Assembly: GCA_012295275.1 (NCBI GenBank)
Contig: CM022672.1
Location: forward strand, 7,068,001-7,132,000
Reading direction: 5' to 3'
Length of the DNA: 64,000 nucleotides
Source: Chrysomallon squamiferum
Taxonomy: Eukaryota > Animalia > Mollusca
Numbering within the stretch: position 1 is the stretch's first letter; each line of letters begins with the position of its first letter. A program made the translations under genes and the position numbers. The notes under the pieces were generated by a model. It was not told the DNA's origin. It did no database searches and worked only from the letters and a program-made list of their open reading frames with translations. This document shows, in pieces, positions 50,992 through 64,000 of the stretch.

Positions 50992-52963
50992 TTATATTCC
51001 AGCTGCAGTAAGAATCATCGTGAAACAGGATACCATCATAAACCACGGCATATTTATAGACGGTGCAGCACCAACAGCCAGGGGAACCAGAAAATCCATG
51101 ACGCGTTCAAGACTGCCATTGGTCGGTCCTGGGGGAACACCCAAGAGTTCACACATGAGAGGATATATATCGACATTTCTGATTGGTCCAAATCGAACGT
51201 TTTTCTTGAAGTTTGGCCCACTTGCAAGAAATATCGGTTTCATAGACATGAGACTGTTGTCCCATCCGTGAGTTCCTTTGTACCTTTTCTGTCGAGCAAG
51301 TTGTTTCTTGTTCTGTGAAACGATAAAGATATATATAAAGTTACATGTGTTTGTATATCTATTTGTAACTTTAATCACTGTTTTATATTTGTTGGTTGTA
51401 TTACGATTGTTAACTATTGTGACAATTACGTTCTTATCCGTACAAATATCGCTGAAGACACTGCCTTTATATAATGTAATGTCTACTGCGACTATTACAC
51501 TAGTCAATAATAATAGTAATAACAATATTAATCGTATAAATTTCTGTTTATCTATATTTAAATATCAATCAGCTTATCTATCAATCTGTCAGTCTTTCTC
51601 AATCCATCAAGTTATCTTTTCCTTCGATTTTCTAATTAGTTTTTGTTACTATTGGTTAATATCTTCACACACACACTTACGGTAGTTACAAGCCAGCCTT
51701 CTTCAGCAATAACAAAAACTGGCATAATTCTCCTGTTGTGTTTGTAGTGAAACCTGTCAGGAATATCTCGCTTGTGATAGACAGTTATGTGAGAGACGTT
51801 CTTCAGTAGACTGACCACTGTGTCCACCTGTCCGTCCACAGGCAGAATGTGAGCTGTAGGTCCCTTTGATGGAACTCTTGCAATCAAAGTTTTGTTCACA
51901 TAGTCATAAATATCGACAACCTGGAACAGAAAGAATGTAGCAAATAAAATACAGTGGTACCTTGGCTTATGAGTTTAATTCGTTTCGTGACCGAGCTCGT
52001 AAGTCAAAATGCTCGCATATCAAATCAGTTTTCCCAATTGAAAGTAACTGAAATACCATTAATCCGTTCCAGTCCCCCAAAAACCACCCCAAGTGTTTGA
52101 AACGTGTTTTAAAATAAGAAAAATGTATGTATTAATGACAAATATTGTATAAAAAACTAAATAAAAGAGAATGTAAAAAAATTAATTGGTTTTGTAAACT
52201 GTACAAGGTTAGGGTTTCTCCATGTTTTCATGGACAGAGGTCCGCAGCTTATAAATTATTTTAACGCCTTTGGCTGGAGTTATGACCTTTATCGACTTCT
52301 ACTTCAGTATGGTAAATATCTTAAAAGTATTACGTTCGTACTGCCTAGCCATATTGATTATATGCACACCACGCTCGTGTTTTTCTATGATTTCACGCTT
52401 TAATTCAACGCTCGTACTGCCTAGCCAAGTCGACTACGTGCACACCTCGCTCGTGTTTTTTCTATGATTTCAAGCTTTAAATCAATGAACATCATCCGGT
52501 TCTTCTTCTTAGCACTGTCCTTTGCACTCACTTTCTTAGGATCCATGGCCAGAGAAAAGAAATTTGGCAAAATACTGCACAAAACGGGAGCACAACACAA
52601 CAGAGATGCTTCTACGGCGAGGTAACCACGAGAAGTAAACGAGTGAGACGCGGGATGCTGGCCGAAAGTTCTGTTATTCGTTGCGCCAACTAGCACCGGC
52701 GTATCTGAAGCTCGCTCGTAACTCGGATTTTGGCCCGCAACTCAAAGCAAAACCTACCGGGCGGCTACTTGTAACTCGGAAAAATCGTGAGTTGGAGCAC
52801 TCGTAACTCGAGGTACCACTGTATATCACAGAAACTAATGAACTAAACTATTTATTTTAGTTTAAAAACTCATTTCTGAGATTAGAGCTGATTAAAAATA
52901 TGTTAAATTTATCAGTGTTATTATATATTCAAATTTATTGATTTATTTATATTTCTTGTACAA

Positions 52964-52997
<34 letters not shown>

Positions 52998-54216
52998 TAA
53001 ATAAATAAATAAATAAATAAAAATGAAAAATAAACAAATTACATAATTATTTTTATTTTTATCATAATTTCTCAGTGTAATAATCTGCTACTGAACCAAC
53101 CTTGTTTTTTACATCGATTGGAAACATCCCATGATCACTTGTAACAATGACGTTCACTTTATCTCTTAATTTATTTTCTTCTAATTTGGCCATCAGATAT
53201 CCTAAAATATCATCCATTTCTTTCACTTTTTCAACTATTTCCGGTGAATCTGGACCGTAACTATGCCCTGTATGATCTGGTTCCGGGAAGTACAGGGTAA
53301 CAAAATTCAGCTTTTCATAAACAAACCACTCCATAACTTCATCAACCCGTTCTCGGAATGGTGTTCTTGATGAATATTTCAACCATTTATTTGGTCTTAA
53401 ACCTCCAATTCGTGACTCACTTCCTGGCCAATAGTAAGTTCCGGATTTCAACCCGAACCGTTTAACTCGACACCAAATTGGTTCCGATTCGTTCCACCAT
53501 TTTGTATCTTTTGTGCTCATGCGGAAGTTTTCGTTGAACAGCGGATCAAACATAGAATTCTCCACTATTCCGTGCGTTTCTTCATAAACACCTGAAACAG
53601 AATTATTTTAATAATCAGACAACGTAAACACAGAAATCCCATCAATGTAGATATCAACTGGTTTCAACGATTTAATCATTTTTTAAGACTACGAACCTGC
53701 GAAAAATATCGACACCTGACAGTGCACGAACTTCAGTCTAAGTTCTTTTATTCAAATAATAATGATAATAATTGAAAAGAATGTAATTAGGTGCTTAACT
53801 GATAATAATATTAAATGTATGTTATTGCTGTTGTTTTGTAGTGTTTTCGTTATTTATTTATTTATATATTTATTTTATTATTATTATTATTTAGTTTATT
53901 TAGTTTATTTATTTATTTTATATTTTTTATAAAAAAAATTTCTTGGTTGTTTTTTCTAACAAATATTACCTGTGACAATTGTGTAGTGATTTGGAAATGT
54001 TTTCGTCACAAAAGAATTGTTCATATAGTCCACTTTAATTCCATTTTTCGCAAAAGCATCGAAATTTTGTGTTTTTGTTTTTTCTAAATAATCCCAACGA
54101 AATCCATCCATGGAAACCAATAGCAGCTTGTCGGCGTATTTCTCATTTTTCTGTTCCGAGATTCCGAACAGATCCAGAGACAAACATAATAACAGTACTG
54201 ATATCGCTGAAGTCAT
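50992..54216 (-). CDS. ENPP4/5-like: Ectonucleotide pyrophosphatase/phosphodiesterase (ENPP4/5-like), copy A, ~432 aa, 4 exons
   Basis: Exons 54216-53970, 53591-53101, 51920-51681, 51312-50992 are phase-compatible (1299 nt). Signal peptide; SMDGFRWDY; catalytic TKTFPNHYTIVTG; EPDHTGH; TSDHGM; GTHGWDN; hydrophobic C-terminal tail. Confidence 0.92.
51952..52821 (-). mobile_element. Complete Tigger/pogo-like non-autonomous element in ENPP copy A intron 2
   Basis: TIRs CAGTGGTACCTTGGCTTATGAG and (revcomp) CAGTGGTACCTCGAGTTACGAG, with TA on both sides. Retains the transposase N-terminus MDPKKVSAKDSAKKKNRMMFIDLKLEIIEK (CENP-B/psq HTH-like). Confidence 0.9.
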
Positions 54217-55133
54217 CTTGACAAGTAAACTTTCTACAGCGATGTCACCTTGCTTATTTTTAAGTAACTAATATCGCAGTAAGAGATGTATTAAGTTCAT
54301 ATATGAACAACCGGGTGTTTATATACGACGTTTATATTACACAGTACGTGACTTAGATATTTATATTAAATCCAGACACCTCTACAAAGATAATTCCAAG
54401 ATCGTCGCTTTCTCCACAACGGTTCATTCGCTGGATTCGGACAGATTTAGGTAAAAAGGAGAGTTTGTGTGAAAGAATTTGGTCGTAGTAATCTGGAAGC
54501 GGGGAGAGGATAGCCTCATAAGATTTTTTCAACTTTTCTTTTCAGAAAATGTAACGTCTCCTGCACCTGCACAAATAGTCTCCTGACATTGTCACTATAA
54601 CTGAATAAAAAATTAGATTATACCGTTCATGCACATACACACTTTTATTATACAAACATAATGTTTTTTTCTATGCACTAGAGAGAATGTTGAGTATTCA
54701 TGTATAGGCTTCTTTCAGTAATGGAAATTGCACATATTTTTGTCAGGTCTTCTCTGTACATTTACAGATGATCATCCTCTACATTTGTTACTCTAAATAT
54801 GTAACCCCCTAAACATAAATGTTACCATCCCTAGTGTTGCTATGGATTTAAAGTGTCTAACCGCGTTTATCATTTCAGAGGTGACCATGACAAATGGCAC
54901 ACTGTTAAATATATATGTGTATATATATATATATATATATCGGCGTTAAGTGATATCACTTAGTCACTCATCATACTATATAATTAGACTATAAATATTT
55001 TTCAGTTTCTAAACGTCGTTCTGTTCAGTTACAGATTATCCTCCATAACTACCATTCATGTATTCACGTTTTTAAATTATGCAATATCCGTATTTTTTCT
55101 TTTTTCTATTTTTTCTTTCATTTGTTGTTGTTG

Positions 55134-55195
<62 letters not shown>

Positions 55196-55747
55196 TCTTG
55201 TCATTTTTTTCAACTGAGAATACTTGATAATAATATTAATTAGAACTTCTTTAGACGTTATATACAACTAACCATAATTAGTCTGATGTGAAATAACTAT
55301 TTTAAAAAACAATTTAAAAAAAAAAAAAAAAAAAAAAAACAGTAATAAATAAATTAATAACAACAAAAATAAGTGAAACATGAAACTGGTAACAAAATGA
55401 CAATTCAAACGTTTTAACAATGTTTTAAGGTATGAAAATTAAAGTTAATTTTTTATTTCTAGTACATATTTAAATTTGAAACATTTTATGATCTTTCAGA
55501 TGGGTAAATAATCACTCGATTTAAATCATTATGGATCTGATAAAATATCAATAAAATGTTTTTACAAAATGTTTTAATGAGATAAAAGCTCGTTAATTGC
55601 AATTTCAATGTATAACATACATATTCAACATTTTGGTTATCATCATAGGTTATCATATTCATGCATGATTTCTTTCTGTAATCATTCCATTTAGTTCATT
55701 CCAGTAATATTACTGTCTTTGAGTGAGTGTGTTGTAGACTGCATGTT

Positions 55748-55830
55748 GTTCTGTTCCGACATTCCGAAAAGATGTAGCAACAAACACGAACAGGACTGAT
55801 ATCGCTGAAGACATCTTGATAAGTAAGCTT
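55748..55830 (-). pseudogene. Orphan relic of the ENPP exon-1 start (signal peptide)
   Basis: CTGTTCCGACATTCCGAAAAGATG..CTGATATCGCTGAAGACATCTTGATAAGTAA aligns to 54151-54230. ATG at 55814 reads MSSAISVL, versus MTSAISVL in copy A. Confidence 0.7.
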
Positions 55831-56856
55831 ATGAACTGTTATAAAAGTTAACAACGATTAAAAACTCAGATCATGTCAGATAGTATTTCGTCTCTCTTAC
55901 TACTTAGTGAACAGACAGAAGTTTAACACAGCTCGCTTTTAGAAACTCCAGTTTATAGCGCAGCTTATTTATCTATGGCGACATCCTGGGTTAATATTTA
56001 CTTTCAGTGACCGAGATTATGTGATATAGGTTTTTAAGGCGGATTTTAAATTTTTGTTATTTTTACAATTTTATATTATTTTATACTATTTCATATCTAT
56101 ATATAAAAATCATATTTTAACCTATTTATTCAAACTAATACAAATGAACATATTCACATTCTTACTGACTTTCCTTATGTTTACTTTGTTTATGTTAATA
56201 TCTTCTCAAGCACGCAGTTTTATAATTTGAGACTGAGTAAATTATAAATTAACCAAATGAACAACTTGACAAGATACTGTACCTTCCACTAAATAACTGA
56301 TTCACTGCCTAACTGATCAACCAATCGATCGATCGATCAGTTACGTGATTGACTGATTGTTGGTTAAGTGGCTGAACGCTTAACTGATGTGTTTATTTAC
56401 TAGACCACTAAAACAAAAATGGAATAAATTTTGATGAAACATTGTATTCAACGTATAAGTCGCAAAATCCCTTTGTAGTTTGTAAACTTTTGTAACCATA
56501 TTACTGAAATAAATTACAATTAAAACTGAACAGTAAAAGAAAAAGTGTTGTACAGAACATGAATAAAACACGTACGTGTGTTTGTGTGTGTGTGTGTGTG
56601 TGTATTTGTAGATATATATATATATATATGTACAAATACACAATTAAGTTGATTGTTCTTGAAACATAATTCATACTAATAATAATTAAAAAGAGTTCAG
56701 TATATTTATTGTTTATTTAAAATATATATATATAAAAAAATAACGTACAGGGAATACACAAACCGAATAGATTGATAGGTGTAAAGAAAACTACAAGTAG
56801 ACAAAAGGCTATGAACTGTGTTGATTATTTAAAATGGCTTTCTCAACAAACATCAA

Positions 56857-57855
56857 TTAACTTGTAATTATACTGAGCACCGTGCACAGGACTGATGCAA
56901 ACAACGTCACGTCAACAGACGTCGCTGAACTAGTTCCGAAAGGAACCAGAAAATCCATGACGCGTTCAAGACTGCCATTGGTCGGTCCTGGGGGAACACC
57001 CAAGAGTTCACACATAAGAGGATATATATCAACATTTCTGATTGGTCCAAATCGAACGTTTTTCTTGAAGTTTGGCCCACTTGCGAGGAATATCGGTTTC
57101 ATAGACATGAGACTGTTGTCCCATCCGTGAGTTCCTTTGTACTGTTTTTTGAGAGACAGCTTCGTTTTGTTCTAAAAAAAAAGGAACAGTATTTTGAAGA
57201 TGTTTTGTAACATAACAATAGAATATCGATAACTCGTATAACTTTGCCATGTAATTTCCATAAAATTATTTTTAACTTGAATGTCCTGAAATATTTTGTC
57301 ATTACTTTTGTATGTGTATACAGACACAGAGAGAAAGATCGTGGAACATAATTCCTTTATTTAAAGTATGTATAGAAAATGCCTAAGTGTATATATATGT
57401 ATTGTAAAAACTTGCCTTAGACACAAGCCAGCCTTCTTCAGCAGTAACAAAAACTGGCATAATTCTCCTGTTGTGTTTGTAGTGAAACCTGTCAGGAATA
57501 TCTCGCTTGTGATAGACAGTTATGTGAGAGACGTTCTTCAGTAGACTGACCACTGTGTCCACCTGTCCGTCCACAGGCAGAATGTGAGCTGTAGGTCCAT
57601 CTGATGGGATCATCCTGATTAACGATCTTTTCACGTGATCGTAAATATCAACAACCTGAAAACAAAGAATCGATATGGCAAATATAAATTTAATATCAGT
57701 TATGGCCAAATGCTGTGTATCATTCTTTGGATGATGTGTACATTTAAAACATATGTAATATATAAAATCAGTAAGAAAAAATCTTATAGAGAAATTTATA
57801 GAGAAATACAGGTAGATACATATAGATACATACATACATACATACATAGATAGAC

Positions 57856-57912
<57 letters not shown>

Positions 57913-60473
57913 CGTATTGTTAAAATCCTTATATATATTTTTGTATAATTTCGTGACAGGTCATCAGGTTTAAAGAACATCCTAATAAGATTCTTTATTT
58001 AAAAAAGAAGGACTACAGACAGACAGACAGACAGAAAGACAAACTAAAGTGAAAGGAAGAAAACTGAACTCTTGAAACCAACCTTATTCTTGATATCAAT
58101 AGCGAACATCCCATGATCACTTGTAACAATGACGTTCACTTTATCTCTTAATTTATTTTCTTCTAATTTGGCCATCAGATATCCTAAAATTCCGTCCATT
58201 TCTTTTACTTTCTCTATTATTTCCGGTGAATCTGGACCGTAACTATGCCCTGTATGATCTGGTTCCGGGAAGTACAGGGTAACAAAATTAAGATTTTCAT
58301 TGACGAACCAATCCATGACGTCATCAACTCGTTTCTGAAAAGGGGTGTGGTCAGAATATTTCAGCCATTTATCAGGTCGGATCCCTCTTATTTCTGATTC
58401 ACTTCCTGGCCAGTAGTAAGTTCCTGATTTTAGATTGAACCTTTTGACTCGACACCAAATTGGTTCCGATTCGTTCCACCATTTCGTGTCCTTAACACCC
58501 ATATGAAAAGTTTCGTTAAATTCTGGATCGAACATAGAATTCTCAACTATTCCATGAGTTTCTTCGTACACACCTGAAAATAAACCAAGAAGGAAATAAT
58601 CATTCGTGACTGAAAATTTAGAAATTTATCTAGTCGTCATACTCACATATATACACACATACACACATATACATACATATATACATATACGTGTACATAC
58701 ATACATACATACGTACGTACGTACATACATACATACATGCATACATACATACATACATAAATGTAAGGTATATTATCTGAGAGAATGGTTGTATGATAAC
58801 AGCGAATTAACTGAGAAACATTACAACCTGTAGTTTTACAGCAGGTTTTATGTCTGCCAAAGATCTTGAAGGACGTTTGAGGTCAGAAGTAAAATATGGA
58901 ACTGGACGGGATTATTTTTTTTTTTTTTTTTTTTTCGTTATCAGTAATGGATTATACATGTCACACCATTCACCTCTGTGGACACTGTGACAATATATCA
59001 AACGTAGGCCCAGCCCAGAACCGTCCAACATAAAGATGTGCTTCATGAAGACCCTTAACTCGTACGTCAGTAGCCTAATGAAGATTTTCCACATTTTGAT
59101 TTTCAGTTTGAGCTCGGTTTTTTAGACCTGGTTCTGTATGAATTGATCCTGTACTCCTCTCGTTGACCAGCACAACCTGATCGTGATCATCAAAATTTTG
59201 GGTTTGTATCAGTGCATGCTTATCATTCTCTTCGAAACACTGAAGGTGTTGGCCACTTCACGCTGACTTCCGACCGTTTGCTGCAGTTTAACATCACTGT
59301 GCCCGTAGTCTGTTGGGATTAGTAAGGGATTAAATTATACGGCTCAGCGCTTCAATCGCTATCGTCAGTGTCATTAAAGTGAACACTTACTCAGAATTCA
59401 AGCCTGTTTATAAAGATGTTGCAGTTTACATGGTAATACATGGTAAAACTGAAGACGATGCGGAGCAGGCATCCCAAAAAATTTTAAATTCATAAAAATG
59501 ATTAACAGAGAACAGGCCTTTGTTGAAGATACAGTTTTACATTTAAGAGCTGGTAGAAGACTGGCACCAAAACGTAGGAAATACCAGCAAGTTAACTTTG
59601 ACATACACCAGCAGCAAATGTTCCATTTTGTTGAACTGTGAAATGTTATTAGTCCATTGTTGGACTTTTGGAAAATAAACTATACTGTAATCCCCTAGTG
59701 TTTCATCATCTGCTATCCTTGACTGTGACAGTAACATGTAACACCGCAGTGAGCTGACCACTCTGATGCACGCCATTAGCCGGGACGCTCGTCGCGTTGC
59801 ATAAGCCGCAGAGCAAACTCAAACAAATAAAACGATTAAGAACAAAACAGCATAATGAAAAAACGTGTTCCACATCCACTGTCAAAATCAAGAACGACAA
59901 CCAACGCACATGTACTGGGAACTGCGTGATGTACGTGCAAACTTTGGAATGTGTTTCGGTTTGTTGATAAACAGACCTGAAGGTTCTTTACAAGGAATTC
60001 AAAAAGTATGTTCGGTCTAATAGTTGATATTAACATTACTTTTACAGGCTCCCTAATTTTTTTGAAGAGTATACACACTTATCGCTTTAAGTAATTTCTT
60101 TGTGTGAGGGATATTTCTGTATGTTTGTATATATGAGAATCATCCGTGACATCCCCTCATAAAACTTATGATATACTAAACAAGGAAAACAGCTACAACA
60201 AAATGTAGAAGGGCACACAAACAAACCTGTAACAATTGTGTAGTGATTTGGAAATGTTTTCGTCACAAAAGAATTGTTCATATAGTCCACTTTAATTCCA
60301 TTTTTCACAAAAGCATCGAAATTTGGGGTGTACGTTTTGTATAAATAATCCCAACGAAATCCATCCATGGAAACCAATAGCAGTTTGTCGGCGTATTTCT
60401 CATTTTTCTGTTCCGAGATTCCGAACAGATCCAGAGACAAATATAGTAACAGTACCGATCTAGTGGAAACCAT
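56857..60473 (-). CDS. ENPP4/5-like: ENPP4/5-like phosphodiesterase, copy B, ~430 aa, 4 exons (intron 3 is GC-AG)
   Basis: Exons 60473-60227, 58573-58083, 57655-57416, 57171-56857 (1293 nt). The first three exon sizes equal those of copy A (247/491/240) and all catalytic and metal-binding motifs are intact. Confidence 0.9.
57828..57912. repeat. (TACA)n/(GATA)n microsatellite
   Basis: Directly visible tetranucleotide runs in ENPP copy B intron 2. Confidence 0.9.
58940..60072 (-). mobile_element. Partial Tc1-like element in ENPP copy B intron 1
   Basis: The terminus revcomp TATACTCTTCAAAAAAATTAGGGAG at ~60048-60072 resembles the 46.9-47.9 kb element ends. Minus-strand fragment GSQREVANTFSVSKRMIS resembles the Tc1 N-terminal HTH. 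Confidence 0.55.
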
Positions 60474-60677
60474 CTCGATAAATAAACGTGAGTGTTATTC
60501 CGAGCTGTGTTAGTTTTATAACGAGAACTTAACCCTTGTACCTGGTTACCGTAACAGAATACATAATAGCTATTTGCTTAGATAGAATTCTGCATGACTA
60601 AATTGGTAAAATGTCACAGTATTTTGTTATTATTAGCATCATCGTCCTTGTGAACGCCGTAATCATTAGCATAATAT

Positions 60678-60792
<115 letters not shown>

Positions 60793-62255
60793 GTGTTAGT
60801 AGTAACAGCGTTACAGCTGTCATAATCGTTAAGTTTCTCTCGCTCTCTCATCTACACAAACACATACATATACATTTTTGTCTTTTTTAACTGGACGAGA
60901 AGCATCGCTGACCTTTTAAATAAAACGAGCCTAAGGAACACATGCTGACGATAAAATACTTTTGAAACTAAACAAATTCATATTTTATCTTCAACCTGCG
61001 TGTTATCTGACACAGCTTGCTTGAAGTGTAATTGTGTAAATATACTTATTTACTAAGTCGCTTACTATGATAAAGAATAGAGGAACAGAGGAAATACAGG
61101 AAATCAGTTATAAATTAGTTATATATTTTGAATAAAGAATACTCCAGTTTGATAACTGTATTTTAATTTTCATGACTCTTACGTTACATGTACAGTCAAT
61201 ACAAATACAGTCCATGAAAATTATAACAAACTGTACTGCTTAGTAAACTACAAATTTATAAGTGAAATATGTAGTTTTGGAGATTGCGAACGCTAGTATA
61301 ATGAATAGTTCGTGACGGCGTGAATGAAACCGAGGTTAATGAATAGTTATGCGAGATGAGAACCTGAGAGGTGTCGCCACACTGTCGTTTTTACAACCAG
61401 TGTTTGCGAACAGCATCGACTGGTCGCAGAGTGGTCGAAGTCCGCACGATCGTTGAACGTGTAGGTCGTTACGTGAGGAGTATACATACAGTAATTCACA
61501 ATTATCAATACACACAAATTAAAATAACATGCATAAACACTGTATCTGTTTGAACACGAATGACAGAGAAATTCTCAGTTTCATATACTGTTGTTGTTTG
61601 TTTTGTTAATCTTGTATATTTTTTTATTTTTTTTTATTATTATTATATGTCTAATGGACCCGTTTATTAGACATCCTTTCAGAATTTCCCAGATTAAAAT
61701 CAACTGTATTGTTATTGTCATTCCAAAAATTAATCCTTCTAGGACAACGGCGCAATGATTTGAGTACTTAATTCCTGTTCCAGCTTCTATCTTCCTTCCG
61801 ATGTTTTCAGGATGTCTTAATCGGTTGTGGCTGATAAATTATTAGAAACAATAACACTTTTATTATTATTATTAGTAGTAGTAGTAGTAGTAGTAGCAGT
61901 TGTAGTAGTAGTAGCAGCAGCAGCAGCAGAAGCAATGGTAGTTGTAGTAGTAGTAACTAGTAAAAAGAAGTTAACGAGCACACTTCTTTTTTTGTTGGTA
62001 TATGTATGTGAGGCTTTACGAGTTTTAATATTTACTTTTGACGACCTCGAACTACGTTACTGATTTAACAAACGGTTGAGAGAAACGCCTATCATAATGA
62101 TCCCAGCTGTATTCTCGTTTCGTTTAAACTTTTACTATATTTTCTTCTTTTTTTCCCAGATTTGTCATTGCTATTGATGTTTCATTACTGTCTTTTGTTG
62201 GATTTATTGTTTTTTTTCGTTTCTCTTTTTCTTTTCTTTTTCGTGTTTTTCTTTA

Positions 62256-62297
<42 letters not shown>

Positions 62298-62782
62298 AAC
62301 ATGATAGCTAAAACTACCTGTATATTAAGATGAATAACAAATTAGAGAGAGGAGAAAATATTTTATTTTACGATGCATCTAGCAGCTTTTTAATCTACGT
62401 TTACATGGCGTTACACATAATTATGTTATTTGATCACACACTTCACGAGGGAAGAAACCCGCCGTGATTAGGCTATTGTTGTTCTATATATTGTTTTTTA
62501 AATTTTATTTTTTATTTTTTATTTATTTATTATATATATATATCATTCCAAAGGAATAAAACTCATTATCTGGTCAGTGATAAACCAGTCTAATGAAAAA
62601 CATTTGTACTCATTGATCATTATGAAGTACAAATGGAAGATATTTTCACACTGGTTTTATAAATTTTCATTAATTAGGAAATCTATTGTGAAGAAAATAC
62701 TTTTCTATATCTTTATCAGATAACAGTTGGCAGGGGTAATTTTTGAAGCGAGTTATTTCCCTTTCAAGCCTATCCCGCAATA

Positions 62783-62822
<40 letters not shown>

Positions 62823-63233
62823 TTTTACAATAATAAATATTCATGATCGTGATGAATCATCATACAGTTAGTTGTTCGTGGAACAGTTGTTAACATTGTG
62901 CCTAGCAATCGTAACTGGAAATAATTTCAATTCTTCGTTAATAAAAAGAAAAAGAAAAGAAAAGAAACAAAGCTCATATTATTATTTTTTATTATTATTT
63001 AATTATTTTCAATCAAATTCGTGAAATATGTTGCTATCCAGACCTTTGTAATTCTCTAGATATTTAATTAGTTCGGTTACATCCTGTTCCATATCGAACC
63101 ATGATACTTTTAAACATTTGTCAGTAAGCTATTACAAATTCCCTTTGACTAATGAATTACAATATTAAATTTATGTTTGCTTTTACCTATCAGTTATTGA
63201 CACGTACCATATTCCCCCAAAACGTAAAGTTAA

Positions 63234-63281
<48 letters not shown>

Positions 63282-63494
63282 AATAAGTAAATAACACATT
63301 TATTATATAAATTAGATTTATTAAAATGCAAATAACATTTAAATAATAATTATGTACAATGTATAAAATAATACAAATTTTAAATCCTCATCATCCGTGA
63401 ATTTCACTCAAGAAACATCATTCAAAAATTTGTATTTATTTCTTTTCTTAATATCCTCTATTTTCATCCATTAGCTTTTAATAAATATAATGAA

Positions 63495-63542
<48 letters not shown>

Positions 63543-64000
63543 CTGGCCACTTTTGTCAATGAGCTTAGGGGTTCATGGAATGGACTTTAATAAAGAAAAG
63601 TGTACTGGACAATAAAAGAAAAACATCTAAATCCTACATCAACATTTCGTATTTACTTAAGTTTCAATATATCAAGTATATGTTTTCTGTGAAGTAATAG
63701 AATAAAATGAAAAATAAACTTCGGACTTTTTCTGAACCTGATTTAGGATAGAAGCTATTTTGCATTTTTCTCGGTTTATGAAAAAAATAAGTTTTGAAAT
63801 TCGTTGGACATAAATCCAAAATTTTCATCTTGTGGCCATAAGTAATGCATGAGTGAGAATGTTATTTTTTGTTGTTGTTGTGTTTAAAATTGTGTTTGTT
63901 TCTTTGTTTTGTCGTTGCTTTTTTGTTGTTGTTGTTGTTGGTGGTGGTTTTTTGTTTGATTTTTTCCCCCAGTCAGAAACAAATTTATCTTGAAACAATT

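Overview
AT-rich, intron-rich, microsatellite-rich animal DNA (probably an invertebrate, possibly a mollusc; taxon is inference). Positions ~1-45 kb are a tandem array of a ~25 kb unit. Each unit carries a small TIR element, a decayed hAT (Charlie/Buster, GTF2IRD2-like) transposon, an IRF/ISRE-like motif and one long + strand multi-exon gene. Phase-by-phase splicing of that gene gives a chimeric architecture: a PARP14-like scaffold (3 RRM, KH-like array, WWE) with no ART catalytic domain, joined to Macro-Macro-RING-Deltex C-terminal (DTC) domains. This puts PARP14/PARP9-like and DTX3L-like modules in one polypeptide. Copy 1 (4470-22647, ~2114 aa if one A is restored at 7198-7202) has a His-to-Arg change at the DTC catalytic His. 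Copy 2 (30364-42221) is open through Macro1 and then carries several frameshifts. Positions ~45-51 kb hold Tc1 and Tigger-like relics and short tandem repeats. Positions ~51-60.5 kb hold two intact 4-exon ENPP4/5-like genes on the - strand with an orphan exon-1 relic between them; one gene has a GC-AG intron. All domain calls come from motif recognition by eye, with no database search.
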